Of a stretch of DNA of 64,000 bases, positions 31,361-40,635 are shown one piece after another. Source of the stretch: Methanobacteriota archaeon (GTDB taxonomy: Archaea > JAADCQ01 > Methanopyri > Methanopyrales > Methanopyraceae). Under the pieces are notes generated by a model. That model was not told the DNA's origin. It ran no database searches and saw only the letters and a program-made list of their open reading frames with translations. Location: positions 1 to 64,000 of the forward strand of contig JAMOPO010000015.1 of the NCBI GenBank assembly GCA_027064425.1, read 5' to 3'. A program made the position numbers and the translations under genes. Within the stretch, counting starts at the first letter, position 1; every line of letters starts with the position of its first letter.

Positions 31361-32404
31361 ATGCTCTTCATAGTCAAGACCCAGCGGGAGCTGGAGGACG
31401 TCACCGCCAGCCGGATCGAGGAGGAGATAGGCGACGTCGAGACGGAGCCCCGCCCCCGCGGCTACCTAGGCCTCGTCCTGGTCCGGGGAGACACCTCGAA
31501 GGAGGACCTGGAGCGGATCCCGGAGGTCGAGCGCGCCATCCCGGTCGAGCGCGAGTGCCGGGCCGACCCGGACGAGATCGCCGAGGTGGCCGCCGAGCTC
31601 GCCGAGGGTCGCATCTCCGAGGACGAGACCTTCGCGGTGAGAACCATCCGGCGCGGCGACCACGACTTCACCAGCCTGGACGTCAACGAGCGCGCCGGAG
31701 ACGCCGTCCGCGAGGCCACCGGGGCCGGCGTGGACCTGGACGACCCCGACAAGCTCGTCTGGGTGGAGATCATATCCGAAAACGCCTACGTTTCCATTTT
31801 ACCCGGAGACGAAGAGTGGAAAAAGCTCCCCCCGTGGAAGCCCGAGGCGGACCCCCTCCTCGGCAAGACCGTCCTCGCCCAGATCCCCTACCTGGGCGAC
31901 CCCAAGGCCGCGTACTCGATGGGTGAGCGCATCGGTCGGGCCGTCCAGGGGTTCGAGCTCAAGGCCTACGTCGTCACCCCACTCGAGCCCGTCAACGCGA
32001 TCGAGCTCTTCCACTTCCTGCGCGGGCTGCGGGACGGCGTGCGGTCCCGCATGGAGGTGCAGCGCGAGTCCTACGGCCGGGAGTTCCGGCGCACCGAGCT
32101 CCTGCTCTACGACCTTTACCAGTTCGTCCGCCTGAAGCGGGACTCGCTGCTCATCGGCACGGACCCCAAGGGCGACCCGTACACCGACGTCCGCGAGGAG
32201 CTGGGAGAGGAACTCGCCGAGCGGGACGAGGTGGTCGTCCTCGCCGGGGCCCGAAAGGGGCTCCCGCGCGGCGTCCTCCGGGCCTGTGACTACGTGCTCG
32301 ACCTCTGCCCGGGCGTGACCTTCGCCACCGAGCACGTGGTACCCTCGGTGGTGACCGCGCTCGTCGACGCGTTCATCGAGGCCTCGGGAGGCAGCGAGCG
32401 ATGA
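31361..32404 (+). CDS. THUMP domain fused to SPOUT-type RNA methyltransferase domain
   Basis: TFAVRTIRRG.HDFTS..VDLDDPDK (THUMP); TDPKG..GARKGLP..DLCPGVTFATE (SPOUT knot). Confidence 0.82.
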   Translation: MLFIVKTQRELEDVTASRIEEEIGDVETEPRPRGYLGLVLVRGDTSKEDLERIPEVERAIPVERECRADPDEIAEVAAELAEGRISEDETFAVRTIRRGDHDFTSLDVNERAGDAVREATGAGVDLDDPDKLVWVEIISENAYVSILPGDEEWKKLPPWKPEADPLLGKTVLAQIPYLGDPKAAYSMGERIGRAVQGFELKAYVVTPLEPVNAIELFHFLRGLRDGVRSRMEVQRESYGREFRRTELLLYDLYQFVRLKRDSLLIGTDPKGDPYTDVREELGEELAERDEVVVLAGARKGLPRGVLRACDYVLDLCPGVTFATEHVVPSVVTALVDAFIEASGGSER

Positions 32405-33168
32405 TCATCGGCGTGGTACACCTCCCGCCGCTGCCCGGATCCCCCCGAGCGCACGACATCGAGGAGGTCGTCGAGCGGGCCGTCCGGGACGCCTCCAGGC
32501 TGGAGGAGGGCGGCGTTGACGCCGTGCTCGTGGAGAACTACGGGGACGCCCCGTACTACCCCGACGACGTGCCGAAGGTCACCGTAGCCTGCATGACCCG
32601 GGTGGTCGCGGAGGTGATCGAGAGCGTGAGCGTGCCGGTGGGCGTCAACGTGCTCCGCAACGACGCGCTGGCGGCACTCAGCGTCTGCGCGGCGACCGGC
32701 GCCTCCTTCATCCGGGTCAACGCCTACGTCGAGGCGGTGGCGACGGACCAGGGCGTGCTGCAGCCGGTGGCGCACGAGGTGCAGCGGGAGCTGAGGAACC
32801 TGGGCCTGGACGTGGAGGTGTACGCTGACGTCAAGGTCAAGCACGGTCGCTCCCTGGACGACCGGCCCATCGAGGACGTCGCCCGGGACGCCGTCGAGCG
32901 CGGGCTGGCGGACGCGGTCATCGTAACGGGAGGAGCCACGGGGTCCGCCCCGGAACCGGAGGAGGTGGAGCGGGTGGCCCGGGTCGTGGACCGAGTGCTG
33001 GTCGGGAGCGGGGTCACGCCGGACAACGTGGGGGAGTTCCTGAGGCGCGGTGCCTCCGGCTTCATCGTCGGAACTTACTTTAAGCGGAATGGAGTGACCG
33101 AGAACCCGGTCGACGTGGACCGCGTCCGGGAGCTAGTTAGCGCCGCCTCAAGGACCAAGGGGCGCTGA
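32401..33168 (+). CDS. BtpA/SgcQ family protein
   Basis: IGVVHLPPLPGSP, ENYGDAPY, GVNVLRND, ADVKVKH. Confidence 0.9.
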   Translation: MIIGVVHLPPLPGSPRAHDIEEVVERAVRDASRLEEGGVDAVLVENYGDAPYYPDDVPKVTVACMTRVVAEVIESVSVPVGVNVLRNDALAALSVCAATGASFIRVNAYVEAVATDQGVLQPVAHEVQRELRNLGLDVEVYADVKVKHGRSLDDRPIEDVARDAVERGLADAVIVTGGATGSAPEPEEVERVARVVDRVLVGSGVTPDNVGEFLRRGASGFIVGTYFKRNGVTENPVDVDRVRELVSAASRTKGR

Positions 33169-33186
33169 AGGGGCAGGCCCATCACG

Positions 33187-33861
33187 TTGGTGGAGAAGCG
33201 TCTGAACCGGCAGGAGCTGGAGTGGGTGCGGAAGAGGGTCGCCCGAGAGGCCGCCCGGCTCCTCTACGAGGGCGTGGTGGACGAGTACATTGACGCGAAG
33301 AAGATGGCCGCTCAGCGGTTGGGAGTCGACATCCTCCCATCCAACCGGGAGGTCGCGATCGAGCTCGACCGGATCGGTGACGAGCTGGAGGGCGAGCGCA
33401 AGCTCAAGCGACTAAAGCGGCTCCGTGAGGAGGCGCTCAAGGTCATGGAGGTGCTGGAGGACCTCGACCCGCGTCTCATCGGCAGCGTCTGGCGGGGGAA
33501 CATCAAGCGGGAGAGCGACATCGACATCGCCGTGCTCGGCACCACCGACCCGGAGGAGGTCATCGAGCGTCTCAAGGAGGCGGGCATCGAGATCCTGGAC
33601 GTGGACGAGGTGATCATCACCGAGCGCGGCGGGAAGCCCCTGGACATCCCGGAACACTACGTCAACATCAAGGTCCGCACGCCGGGCGGGGAGAAGGCGG
33701 AGATCAACGTCACCGTGAGCAGCCCGGAGCTCGAGCGCAAGGGCAAGGTCACGCTCGGCCGCTGCGACTTCTTCGGGGACAAAATGAAGGGACTGACCGT
33801 CGAGGAGCTGCGCAAGCTCCTGAAGGAGGACCCGTACCGGAAGTTCATCCCGCCCGAATGA
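33187..33861 (+). CDS. Pol-beta-type nucleotidyltransferase domain protein
   Basis: LIGSVWRG....SDIDI motif; N-terminal helical domain. Confidence 0.8.
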   Translation: MVEKRLNRQELEWVRKRVAREAARLLYEGVVDEYIDAKKMAAQRLGVDILPSNREVAIELDRIGDELEGERKLKRLKRLREEALKVMEVLEDLDPRLIGSVWRGNIKRESDIDIAVLGTTDPEEVIERLKEAGIEILDVDEVIITERGGKPLDIPEHYVNIKVRTPGGEKAEINVTVSSPELERKGKVTLGRCDFFGDKMKGLTVEELRKLLKEDPYRKFIPPE

Positions 33862-34404
33862 TCAGTCGGAGTACCGGACGAGGTCCACGTCCAGTCCGAG
33901 CGCGTCGAGCACCTTCTGCACCACGTAGTCGACCAGGTCCATCACGCTCCGCGGCTCGTGGTAGAACGCCGGGCAGGCGGGGAGAACCGTCGCACCCTCC
34001 CGGGCCAGCTCCAGCGCCGCGCGGAACCCGGAGGCCGGCCACGGGGTCTCCCGGACCACCAGGACCAGCCGGCGCCCCTCCTTCAGCGCCACGATCGCGG
34101 CCCGCTTCACCAGGTCCGAGGCGATACCGGCCGAGATGCTCGCCAGCGTTCCCAGCGTGCACGGGCACACGACGTACCCGTCCACCTTGTAAGTCCCGCT
34201 CGCGGGCGGGGCGGTGACGTCGTCCGGGTCGTAGCGCTTGACGCCGCTCGGCAGCTGCACCCCCTCCCGCTCCATGACCTTCTCCGCCGCCTTAGTCACG
34301 CTCACCTCCACCTCGACGCCCTCGTCCAGCAGGACCTCGATCAACCTCCGAGCGTAGATCTGACCGCTCGCTCCCGTAATACCTATGAACACTCGCAAGC
34401 CCAC
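33862..34404 (-). CDS. ubiX: Flavin prenyltransferase UbiX
   Basis: GITGASG, ASGT, PCTLGTL, RETP, PAFY; start GTG 34404 or TTG 34398. Confidence 0.92.
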   Translation of the reverse strand: MGLRVFIGITGASGQIYARRLIEVLLDEGVEVEVSVTKAAEKVMEREGVQLPSGVKRYDPDDVTAPPASGTYKVDGYVVCPCTLGTLASISAGIASDLVKRAAIVALKEGRRLVLVVRETPWPASGFRAALELAREGATVLPACPAFYHEPRSVMDLVDYVVQKVLDALGLDVDLVRYSD

Positions 34405-34411
34405 CGTCCCC

Positions 34412-34475
34412 GGCGCGGATGAGGAGTGATGGGCGGACCGAGGCACCGATGACGAGTCCTTTAAGTGCCGACGTC
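34412..34475 (+). ncRNA. Box C/D guide sRNA (16S C1402- and ~912-equivalent targets)
   Basis: C CGGATGA 34416-22, D' CCGA 34438-41, C' CCGATGA 34446-52, D CCGA 34468-71, terminal stem GGCG/CGTC; guides antisense to CCGCCCGUCAC and ACUUAAAGGA. Confidence 0.87.
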
Positions 34476-35100
34476 ACACGCCGTGCGCGACCTTGCACCG
34501 AAGGTACAGCACCAAGAAGTTGAACGCCGCGTGAACCATCGCCGCCGAGGCGTAGCCCGCGAGAGCCCCGGCCCACCTCACTCCCACCTTCCGTCCGAAC
34601 CCGTACAGGAAGGCGAACGTGACCGTCGCCAGCACGTGAACCGGGAGCGACACGAAGGTCCGGGTTACCCCGACCACGATCGGGGCCAGAGGACCCAGCT
34701 TGAGGCTTCCCAGGGCGTAAAAGAAGTTCTCGATGGTCGCGAACCCGAGCGCGGTCGTCGCGGCCAGGGTGATGGCGCCGGACAAGCTTCCACCGCACCC
34801 TCTGACCGCGTCGACCAGGAACTCGACCGCCCGGTTCAGGCTCAATGGGCCGGCGTAGCGAGCCACTGGAGCGAGCGACAGTCTCAGCAGGCTCGAGGCG
34901 ACCCGGGGCACCGCGAGGAAGCTCAGTCCCTTGGAGAGCTCCTCGACGAGCGGCGCGACGACCGTGACCATGACCACCTTGGGCGGGTTCCCGAGCAGCG
35001 AGGTGGCGGCTACCTCCCCGAGCAGCGCCAGTAGGACCGAGATGGGGCCGTAAACCGTCCCCAACACCGCCGCCGCGAGCAGTGACAGGAGCCGGAACAT
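34474..35100 (-). CDS. PrsW-family intramembrane protease
   Basis: APLVEELSK, LGFATIEN, PVH, HAAFN. Confidence 0.82.
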   Translation of the reverse strand: MFRLLSLLAAAVLGTVYGPISVLLALLGEVAATSLLGNPPKVVMVTVVAPLVEELSKGLSFLAVPRVASSLLRLSLAPVARYAGPLSLNRAVEFLVDAVRGCGGSLSGAITLAATTALGFATIENFFYALGSLKLGPLAPIVVGVTRTFVSLPVHVLATVTFAFLYGFGRKVGVRWAGALAGYASAAMVHAAFNFLVLYLRCKVAHGV

Positions 35101-35114
35101 CCCATCGACCCCGC

Positions 35115-35190
35115 GGGGCGTGATGTGGAAAGGGCCTGGAATCTGACCCTCGGCGAGGATGATGACAACGGCCGTCGCCGAACCGATCCC
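35115..35190 (+). ncRNA. Box C/D guide sRNA
   Basis: C GTGATGT 35120-26, D' CTGA 35143-46, C' ATGATGA 35159-65, D CCGA 35183-86 (or 35178-81), GGG/CCC ends; D' guide antisense to 16S UCCAGGCCCU. Confidence 0.75.
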
Positions 35191-35234
35191 GACTTAAAAC
35201 CCCGGTCACCCGCCGGCCCGGGGAGCGCCGGGCG

Positions 35235-35510
35235 TTGTTCGTGGCCAAGTACCTGGGCCGTTCTCGGTACTCGGAGCTGGATGACAACCTGAAGAACTTC
35301 GCCCGGCTGAAGGCGTCCCTGGCCGGTGTTGACCTCGACAGGGACCCGCACGTGCTGCTGTTCAACGTGGAGGGCACCGCCAGTTACTACGTGATCTTCG
35401 AGGAGGAGGTTGAGTCCGTCGAGGACGTGGAAAGGCTCCTGAAAAAGGACATGGGGGCCAGACTATCACGGGATTCGAGGGAGAGGGTCGAGAGGATTCT
35501 AAACTCCTGA
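35235..35510 (+). CDS. Small conserved methanogen protein (DUF749-like)
   Basis: MFVAKYLG..LFNVEGTASYYVIF..LS.DS; upstream TTAAAA. Confidence 0.65.
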   Translation: MFVAKYLGRSRYSELDDNLKNFARLKASLAGVDLDRDPHVLLFNVEGTASYYVIFEEEVESVEDVERLLKKDMGARLSRDSRERVERILNS

Positions 35511-35536
35511 AGGCGCAGTGGGTCGCGCTCAACGAG

Positions 35537-36079
35537 GTGGTCAACGAGCTGAGGTCCCGCGGTGTCGACGTCCCGCGCGAGGTGACCGAGAACCTGAAGA
35601 TCGCGCGGATGATCCTCCACCATTACGAGTTCGACCCGCACACCAGCGCCAAGACCCTGGCCAAGGCGCACAAGTACCTGGATCGTGCTCAGCGGTCCCT
35701 GGCCGAGCTCTGCGAGGAGCACGAGGATTTGATGGAGAAGCTGTCCGAGTGGGTTGAGAACGCCGACGAGCTGGCCTCCCGGTTCCTGGAGGACGCGGCC
35801 AGGTCCGAGTTCTCCCCGATGCGCCACCGGCCCGTGCCCCGGGCCGGGGACGGGTACGCTCGGGTGGAGCTCCCGGAGCCGGTCGAGGTGGAGCGGCTTC
35901 AGGACGTCTGCGAGGAGACCGGCGCCATCGTCACGTACGCGGGGAGGTGGACGAAGGTAGAGGTGTTCGGCGATCGTGAGGCCGTTAAGCGGGCGTTGCG
36001 CTCGATCCGCGAGCTGCCCGAGTCCTGGAAGAAGCTCCTCGAGCGGCGCGGGATACCTGACAAAAGCAATAAGTCATGA
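35537..36079 (+). CDS. DUF2096-like methanogen protein (true start possibly CTG 35507)
   Basis: VELPEPVEVERLQDVCEETG..V.GDRE.VKRAL; conserved-looking QWVALNE lies in frame upstream of the first GTG. Confidence 0.65.
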   Translation: MVNELRSRGVDVPREVTENLKIARMILHHYEFDPHTSAKTLAKAHKYLDRAQRSLAELCEEHEDLMEKLSEWVENADELASRFLEDAARSEFSPMRHRPVPRAGDGYARVELPEPVEVERLQDVCEETGAIVTYAGRWTKVEVFGDREAVKRALRSIRELPESWKKLLERRGIPDKSNKS

Positions 36080-36113
36080 GCGGCCCCGGACGGCCGTTCG
36101 GGGTGGTGATCGC

Positions 36114-36734
36114 GTGATCGGGATCGCGACCGCGGACTTCCACGGGGACGTGGAGAAGGCCGAGGAGGTGGCCGAGAAGGCCGCGGACGAGGACGCGGAC
36201 GTCATCTTCGTGGCCGGGGACGTCTCCGACTTCAACCTTGATGATCCCGTGAACGCGGCCGAGGAGATCATCGACGTCCTCGAGGAGCACGGTCAAGAGA
36301 TTATGGCCGTGCCCGGAAACTGCGACACGCACGAGGTGGTCCGCACGCTGGACACTCGCGGAGTGTCCGTCCACCTCAAGCGGAAGCGGCTCGGGGACTA
36401 CGACGTGGTGGGGATGGGTGGGTCCAACCCGACGCCGTTCGACACGCCGTTGGAGTTCAAGGAGGACGTGCTAGAGTCCCGGCTCCAGGACCTGATGAGG
36501 CGGGCCAGCGAGCCGATCATCCTGCTGACCCACGCCCCGCCCAAGGACACGAAGGTGGACAAGGTCGAGTCCGGCGAGCACGTGGGCAGCGAGGCGATTC
36601 GAAAGATCGTGGAGGAGTACCAGCCCAAGTTCCACATCTGCGCCCACATCCACGAGGCGGCGGGCGAAGACGAGCTGGGTGACACCAGGATCGTGAACCC
36701 GGGCCCGGGCGGGGCGGTGGTCCTGGAGCTGTGA
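36114..36734 (+). CDS. Metallophosphoesterase
   Basis: ADFHG, AGDVS, PGNCD, THAPP, AHIHE; start GTG 36114. Confidence 0.9.
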   Translation: MIGIATADFHGDVEKAEEVAEKAADEDADVIFVAGDVSDFNLDDPVNAAEEIIDVLEEHGQEIMAVPGNCDTHEVVRTLDTRGVSVHLKRKRLGDYDVVGMGGSNPTPFDTPLEFKEDVLESRLQDLMRRASEPIILLTHAPPKDTKVDKVESGEHVGSEAIRKIVEEYQPKFHICAHIHEAAGEDELGDTRIVNPGPGGAVVLEL

Positions 36735-37339
36735 GCGAGCCTCGGTTCCCCTGGGAGAGGGAGCTGATTAAGTTCGTCCGGCGGCGGCTTCGGGGCTCCC
36801 GGGTTCCCCCCTCCCACGGTTACGACCACGTCCGACGCGTCGTCTCCCTCTGCGAGTTCATCGGGGATCGGGAAGGAGCCGACGTGGAGATCCTCCGCGC
36901 CGCCGCCTGGCTGCACGATGTAGGAAGGCCCGAGGAGGAGCGGACGGGCCGCGATCACGCCCGCATCAGCGCTCGGATAGCCGCGAAGGTCCTCCCGTCC
37001 GTGGGCTTCCCGGAGAGTAAGCTCGACGACGTCGTGCACGCCATCGAGGCCCACCGGTACTCGACGGGGCCGGAGCCGGAGACCCTCGAGGCGAAGATCC
37101 TGCAGGACGCGGACAACCTCGACGCGCTGGGCGCGGTGGGCATCGCCCGGTGCTTCTGCGTGGTCGGTGAGCGGAGGACCCGGATACGCGACGGCGTCCA
37201 ACATTTTTATGAAAAGCTGTTAAAGCTCCCCGACCTCATGCACACGGAGACGGCCCGGAAGCTGGCCCGAATTCGTCTCCGGCGCATGCTCGCGTTCCTG
37301 GACTGGTACCGGGAGGAGGCGGAGGAGATGAGGAGTTAG
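36731..37339 (+). CDS. HD-domain phosphohydrolase
   Basis: SHGYDHVRRV, WLHDVG, QDADNLDALGAVGIAR. Confidence 0.9.
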   Translation: MSEPRFPWERELIKFVRRRLRGSRVPPSHGYDHVRRVVSLCEFIGDREGADVEILRAAAWLHDVGRPEEERTGRDHARISARIAAKVLPSVGFPESKLDDVVHAIEAHRYSTGPEPETLEAKILQDADNLDALGAVGIARCFCVVGERRTRIRDGVQHFYEKLLKLPDLMHTETARKLARIRLRRMLAFLDWYREEAEEMRS

Positions 37340-37388
37340 GGGTCGGCCGAGCCGCCGATGAGGAGGACGGGGTTTACCCGACCTCCGC
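37319..37388 (+). ncRNA. Box C/D guide sRNA overlapping the HD gene 3' end
   Basis: Terminal stem GCGGAG/CTCCGC, C GAGATGA 37325-31, D' CCGA 37347-50, C' CCGATGA 37355-61, D CCGA 37378-81, followed by a T6 tract. Confidence 0.75.
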
Positions 37389-37391
37389 GAC

Positions 37392-37399
37392 TTTTTTAA
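37392..37399 (+). promoter_or_regulatory. TTTTTTAA: TATA of the rps13 operon and/or terminator of the upstream sRNA
   Basis: AT tract about 28 bp before the rps13 ATG. Confidence 0.55.
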
Positions 37400-37426
37400 G
37401 AGCATCGAGTCCGGCGGCCGGGGGGC

Positions 37427-37891
37427 ATGACCTTGGCGGAGGAGGACATCAAGCCCATCGTCCGGATCGCGGACGTCGACCTGGACGGGCACAAGAAGGT
37501 CCCGTACGCGCTCACGGGCATCAAGGGCATCGGCATCAGGATGGCGTACGCGATCTGCCGAGAGCTCGGAATCGACACGGAGAAGCGGCTCGGAGAGCTG
37601 TCCGACGAGGAGATTCAGCGCATCGAGGAGGAGATCGAGAAGCTGTCCAAGGGTGAGTCCAACATCCCGTCCTGGATGTACAACCGGCAGAAGGACTACG
37701 AGACGGGCGAGGACAAGCACCTGGTCGGAGCCGAGCTGGAGATGACCGTCAAGCAGGATATCGACCGCCTGAAGAAGATCCGCGCCTACCGCGGAATCCG
37801 GCACGAGCTCGGGCTGCCCGTCCGCGGTCAGCGGACCCGGTCGTCCTTCCGACGTGGAAAGACCGTTGGTGTGAAGAAGAAGCAGCGCTAA
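37427..37891 (+). CDS. rps13: 30S ribosomal protein S13
   Basis: ALTGIKGIG, YRGIRHELGLPVRGQRTR. Confidence 0.96.
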   Translation: MTLAEEDIKPIVRIADVDLDGHKKVPYALTGIKGIGIRMAYAICRELGIDTEKRLGELSDEEIQRIEEEIEKLSKGESNIPSWMYNRQKDYETGEDKHLVGAELEMTVKQDIDRLKKIRAYRGIRHELGLPVRGQRTRSSFRRGKTVGVKKKQR

Positions 37892-37912
37892 CCCGCGCCG
37901 GGGGCCTCGTCC

Positions 37913-38482
37913 ATGGGTGATCCCAAGAAGCCGCGCAAGAAGTACGAGACGCCCCGCCACCCGTGGGAGAAGGAGCGCCTGGAGTACGAGAAGAAGCTCA
38001 TGCGGAAGTACGGGCTGCGGCGGAAGAAGGAGCTGTGGAAGCACCAGACCCAGCTCAAGCGCTGGCGTGACCGGGCCAAGAGGCTGATGGCGGCCAGCGG
38101 TCCGCAGGCCCAGCGGGAGCGCGAGGCCCTGTTCCGCAAGCTGTACGAGCTCGGAATCCTGGACAAGCCGCCCGAGGAGGCGACCCTGGACGACATCCTG
38201 AAGCTCAGCGTTGAGGACGTCCTCGAGCGCCGGTTGCAGACGATCGTCTACCGGAAGGGTCTCGCCAAGACCCCGCTGCAGGCCCGGCAGCTCATCGTGC
38301 ACCGGCACATCGCCATCGGCGACCGGATCGTGACCGTGCCGAGCTACCTCGTGACCCGCGAGGAGGAGGACAAGGTTCAGTACTCGCCGTACTCACCGCT
38401 CCGAGACAAGGACCACCCGCTCCGCGCCCAGATCGAGGGCGAAGCCCCCGAGGAGACCGCCGAGTCGGCCGAGTCCGAGTAG
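37913..38482 (+). CDS. rps4: 30S ribosomal protein S4
   Basis: [32 protein letters not shown]. Confidence 0.96.
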   Translation: MGDPKKPRKKYETPRHPWEKERLEYEKKLMRKYGLRRKKELWKHQTQLKRWRDRAKRLMAASGPQAQREREALFRKLYELGILDKPPEEATLDDILKLSVEDVLERRLQTIVYRKGLAKTPLQARQLIVHRHIAIGDRIVTVPSYLVTREEEDKVQYSPYSPLRDKDHPLRAQIEGEAPEETAESAESE

Positions 38483-38508
38483 ATTAACCGCCGGGAGGGG
38501 TGATCGCG

Positions 38509-38931
38509 ATGGCGGAGGAGGGTGGCGGCGAGAAGAAGAAAAAGAAGAAGGAGCGCTGGGGCATCGCGCACATTTACGCCTCGTTCAACAACACGATCAT
38601 CACCATCACCGACCTGACCGGTGCCGAGACCTTCGCCCGCTGCTCCGGCGGCATGGTGGTGGACGCGGACCGGGAGGAGAGCTCGCCCTACGCCGCGATG
38701 AAGGCGGCCCGCAGGGCCGCCGAGGAGGCCAAGGAGAAGGGCATCACCGCCGTCCACGTTAAGGTCCGAGCGCCGGGCGGTCACGGCCCCAAGACACCGG
38801 GTCCGGGCGCTCAGGCGGCGATTCGAGCCCTCGCGCGGGCCGGACTGAAGATCGGCCGGATCGAGGACGTGACCCCGATCCCGCACGACGGCACTCGGCG
38901 ACCGGGCGGCAAGAGAGGACGCAGGGTCTGA
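38509..38931 (+). CDS. rps11: 30S ribosomal protein S11
   Basis: [25 protein letters not shown]. Confidence 0.96.
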   Translation: MAEEGGGEKKKKKKERWGIAHIYASFNNTIITITDLTGAETFARCSGGMVVDADREESSPYAAMKAARRAAEEAKEKGITAVHVKVRAPGGHGPKTPGPGAQAAIRALARAGLKIGRIEDVTPIPHDGTRRPGGKRGRRV

Positions 38932-38937
38932 GCGCCC

Positions 38938-39753
38938 TTGCGCGTCAGCCTCTACGACTACGAGAAGCGGGACGTCGAGCGCGCCACCTTCATCATCGAG
39001 GACACCAGCCCGGAGTTCGTCAACACCATCCGCCGCGCCCTCTACACCCTCGTTCCCACGCTGCGGATCGAGGAGGTCATCATCTACGAGAACGACACGC
39101 CGATGTACGACGAGATGCTCGCCCACCGGCTCGGCCTCATCCCCCTCAAGGTCGACGACATCGACCAGTTCGAGCTGCCGGACCTCTGCGACTGCGGTGG
39201 CAAGGGCTGCGAGAAGTGTCAGGTGAGGGCGGAGCTCGAGGTGGAGGGGCCCAAGAAGGTCTACGCCAAGGACCTCGAGTTCGACCACCCGGACGTGGAG
39301 CCCGCCTTCCCCGACATGCTGATCACCGAGGTGGGCGAGGAGCAGCGCCTGCGCCTCGAGGCCATCGCGGTCCCCGGCCTGGGCCTGGAGCACGCCAAGT
39401 GGAAGCCGGTCAGCGCGGTCGGTTACAAGGGCCTGCCCGAGCTGGAGATCGACGAGGAGAAGCTCAAGGAGAAGAAAATCACGTACGAGTGCCCGCAGGG
39501 CATCATCAAGGTGAAGGACGGCGAGATCGTGCACATCGACGAGGACCGGCTCCCCGAGTGCCGGATGTACAAGGAGTACGAGCGTGCGACGGACGGCGCG
39601 ATCAAGCTCAAGCTCCGGGACGACGCGTTCGTGTTCAACGTGGAGACGGACGGCTCCATGCCCCTGGAGGAGGTGCTCATGCGGGCCTTCGACGCGCTTG
39701 AGCACAAGCTCAAGTCGCTGCGCGAGAACCTGGAGGAGGAGGTGGGGGAGTAG
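38938..39753 (+). CDS. rpoD: RNA polymerase subunit D (Rpo3)
   Basis: NTIRRAL, DEMLAHRLGLIPL, HAKW, FNVETDGS. Confidence 0.95.
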   Translation: MRVSLYDYEKRDVERATFIIEDTSPEFVNTIRRALYTLVPTLRIEEVIIYENDTPMYDEMLAHRLGLIPLKVDDIDQFELPDLCDCGGKGCEKCQVRAELEVEGPKKVYAKDLEFDHPDVEPAFPDMLITEVGEEQRLRLEAIAVPGLGLEHAKWKPVSAVGYKGLPELEIDEEKLKEKKITYECPQGIIKVKDGEIVHIDEDRLPECRMYKEYERATDGAIKLKLRDDAFVFNVETDGSMPLEEVLMRAFDALEHKLKSLRENLEEEVGE

Positions 39754-39756
39754 ACC

Positions 39757-40140
39757 ATGACCTGGGCGCCCACCGGACCCACGAACATCGAGCTGAGGAA
39801 GCTCATCCGCGACCTGAAGAAGGCGTCCCGGAAGTACAACGCCCCGATCTGGCGGGACGTGGCCGAGCGGCTCTCCCGGCCGCGGCGGCAGCGGGCCGAG
39901 GTTAACGTGGGCAAGCTCGACGGGCTGGCCCGGCGCGGGGTGATCCAGGAGAACGAGACCGTGCTGGTGCCCGGCAAGGTCCTCGGGGATGGCGTCCTGA
40001 CCCAGCCGCTCCGGGTCGCGGCGTGGCGGTTCAGCCGGACGGCGAGGAAGAAGATCGAGGCCGCGGGTGGGGAGTGCCTGACCATTCGGGAGCTGATGGA
40101 GGAGAACCCGCGCGGCTCCTACGTGCGGATCATCGAGTAG
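39757..40140 (+). CDS. rpl18e: 50S ribosomal protein L18e
   Basis: IWRDVAERL.RPRR, VPGKVLG. Confidence 0.95.
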   Translation: MTWAPTGPTNIELRKLIRDLKKASRKYNAPIWRDVAERLSRPRRQRAEVNVGKLDGLARRGVIQENETVLVPGKVLGDGVLTQPLRVAAWRFSRTARKKIEAAGGECLTIRELMEENPRGSYVRIIE

Positions 40141-40143
40141 GGG

Positions 40144-40635
40144 GTGCGGACCGTGGAGTACGCGCACGCCAAACCGGTCGACCCGAACGAGTGGACGATC
40201 ATCGACGCTGAGAACGCCATTCTCGGCCGGCTCGCCAGCGTCGTGGCCAAGCGGCTGCTCAAGGGCGAGCGGATCGCGGTGATCAACACCGAGAAGGCCA
40301 TCATCACGGGCGACAAGCAGCGGATCAAGGAGGAGTGGCTGCAGAAGATCCAGCGAGGCGACCCGAAGAAGGGTCCGTTCTACCCGCGCCGGCCCGACCT
40401 GATCTTCCGGCGAGTCGTGCGAGGCATGCTGCCCTGGAAGACGTCCCGGGGTCGCAACGCCTTCCGGCGCCTGAGGGCCTACATCGGGACGCCCAAGTGG
40501 GTGGAGGAGGCCGGCGTGGAGCCTGAGCGGGTGCCTGAGGCCGACATGAGCAGGCTGGGCCGCGTCTGGTACGTCACGCTCGAAGAGCTCTCCCGAGAGC
40601 TGGGTTACCGGCCACCGGAGGGGGCGTTCGAGTAA
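40144..40635 (+). CDS. rpl13: 50S ribosomal protein L13
   Basis: [20 protein letters not shown]. Confidence 0.95.
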   Translation: MRTVEYAHAKPVDPNEWTIIDAENAILGRLASVVAKRLLKGERIAVINTEKAIITGDKQRIKEEWLQKIQRGDPKKGPFYPRRPDLIFRRVVRGMLPWKTSRGRNAFRRLRAYIGTPKWVEEAGVEPERVPEADMSRLGRVWYVTLEELSRELGYRPPEGAFE

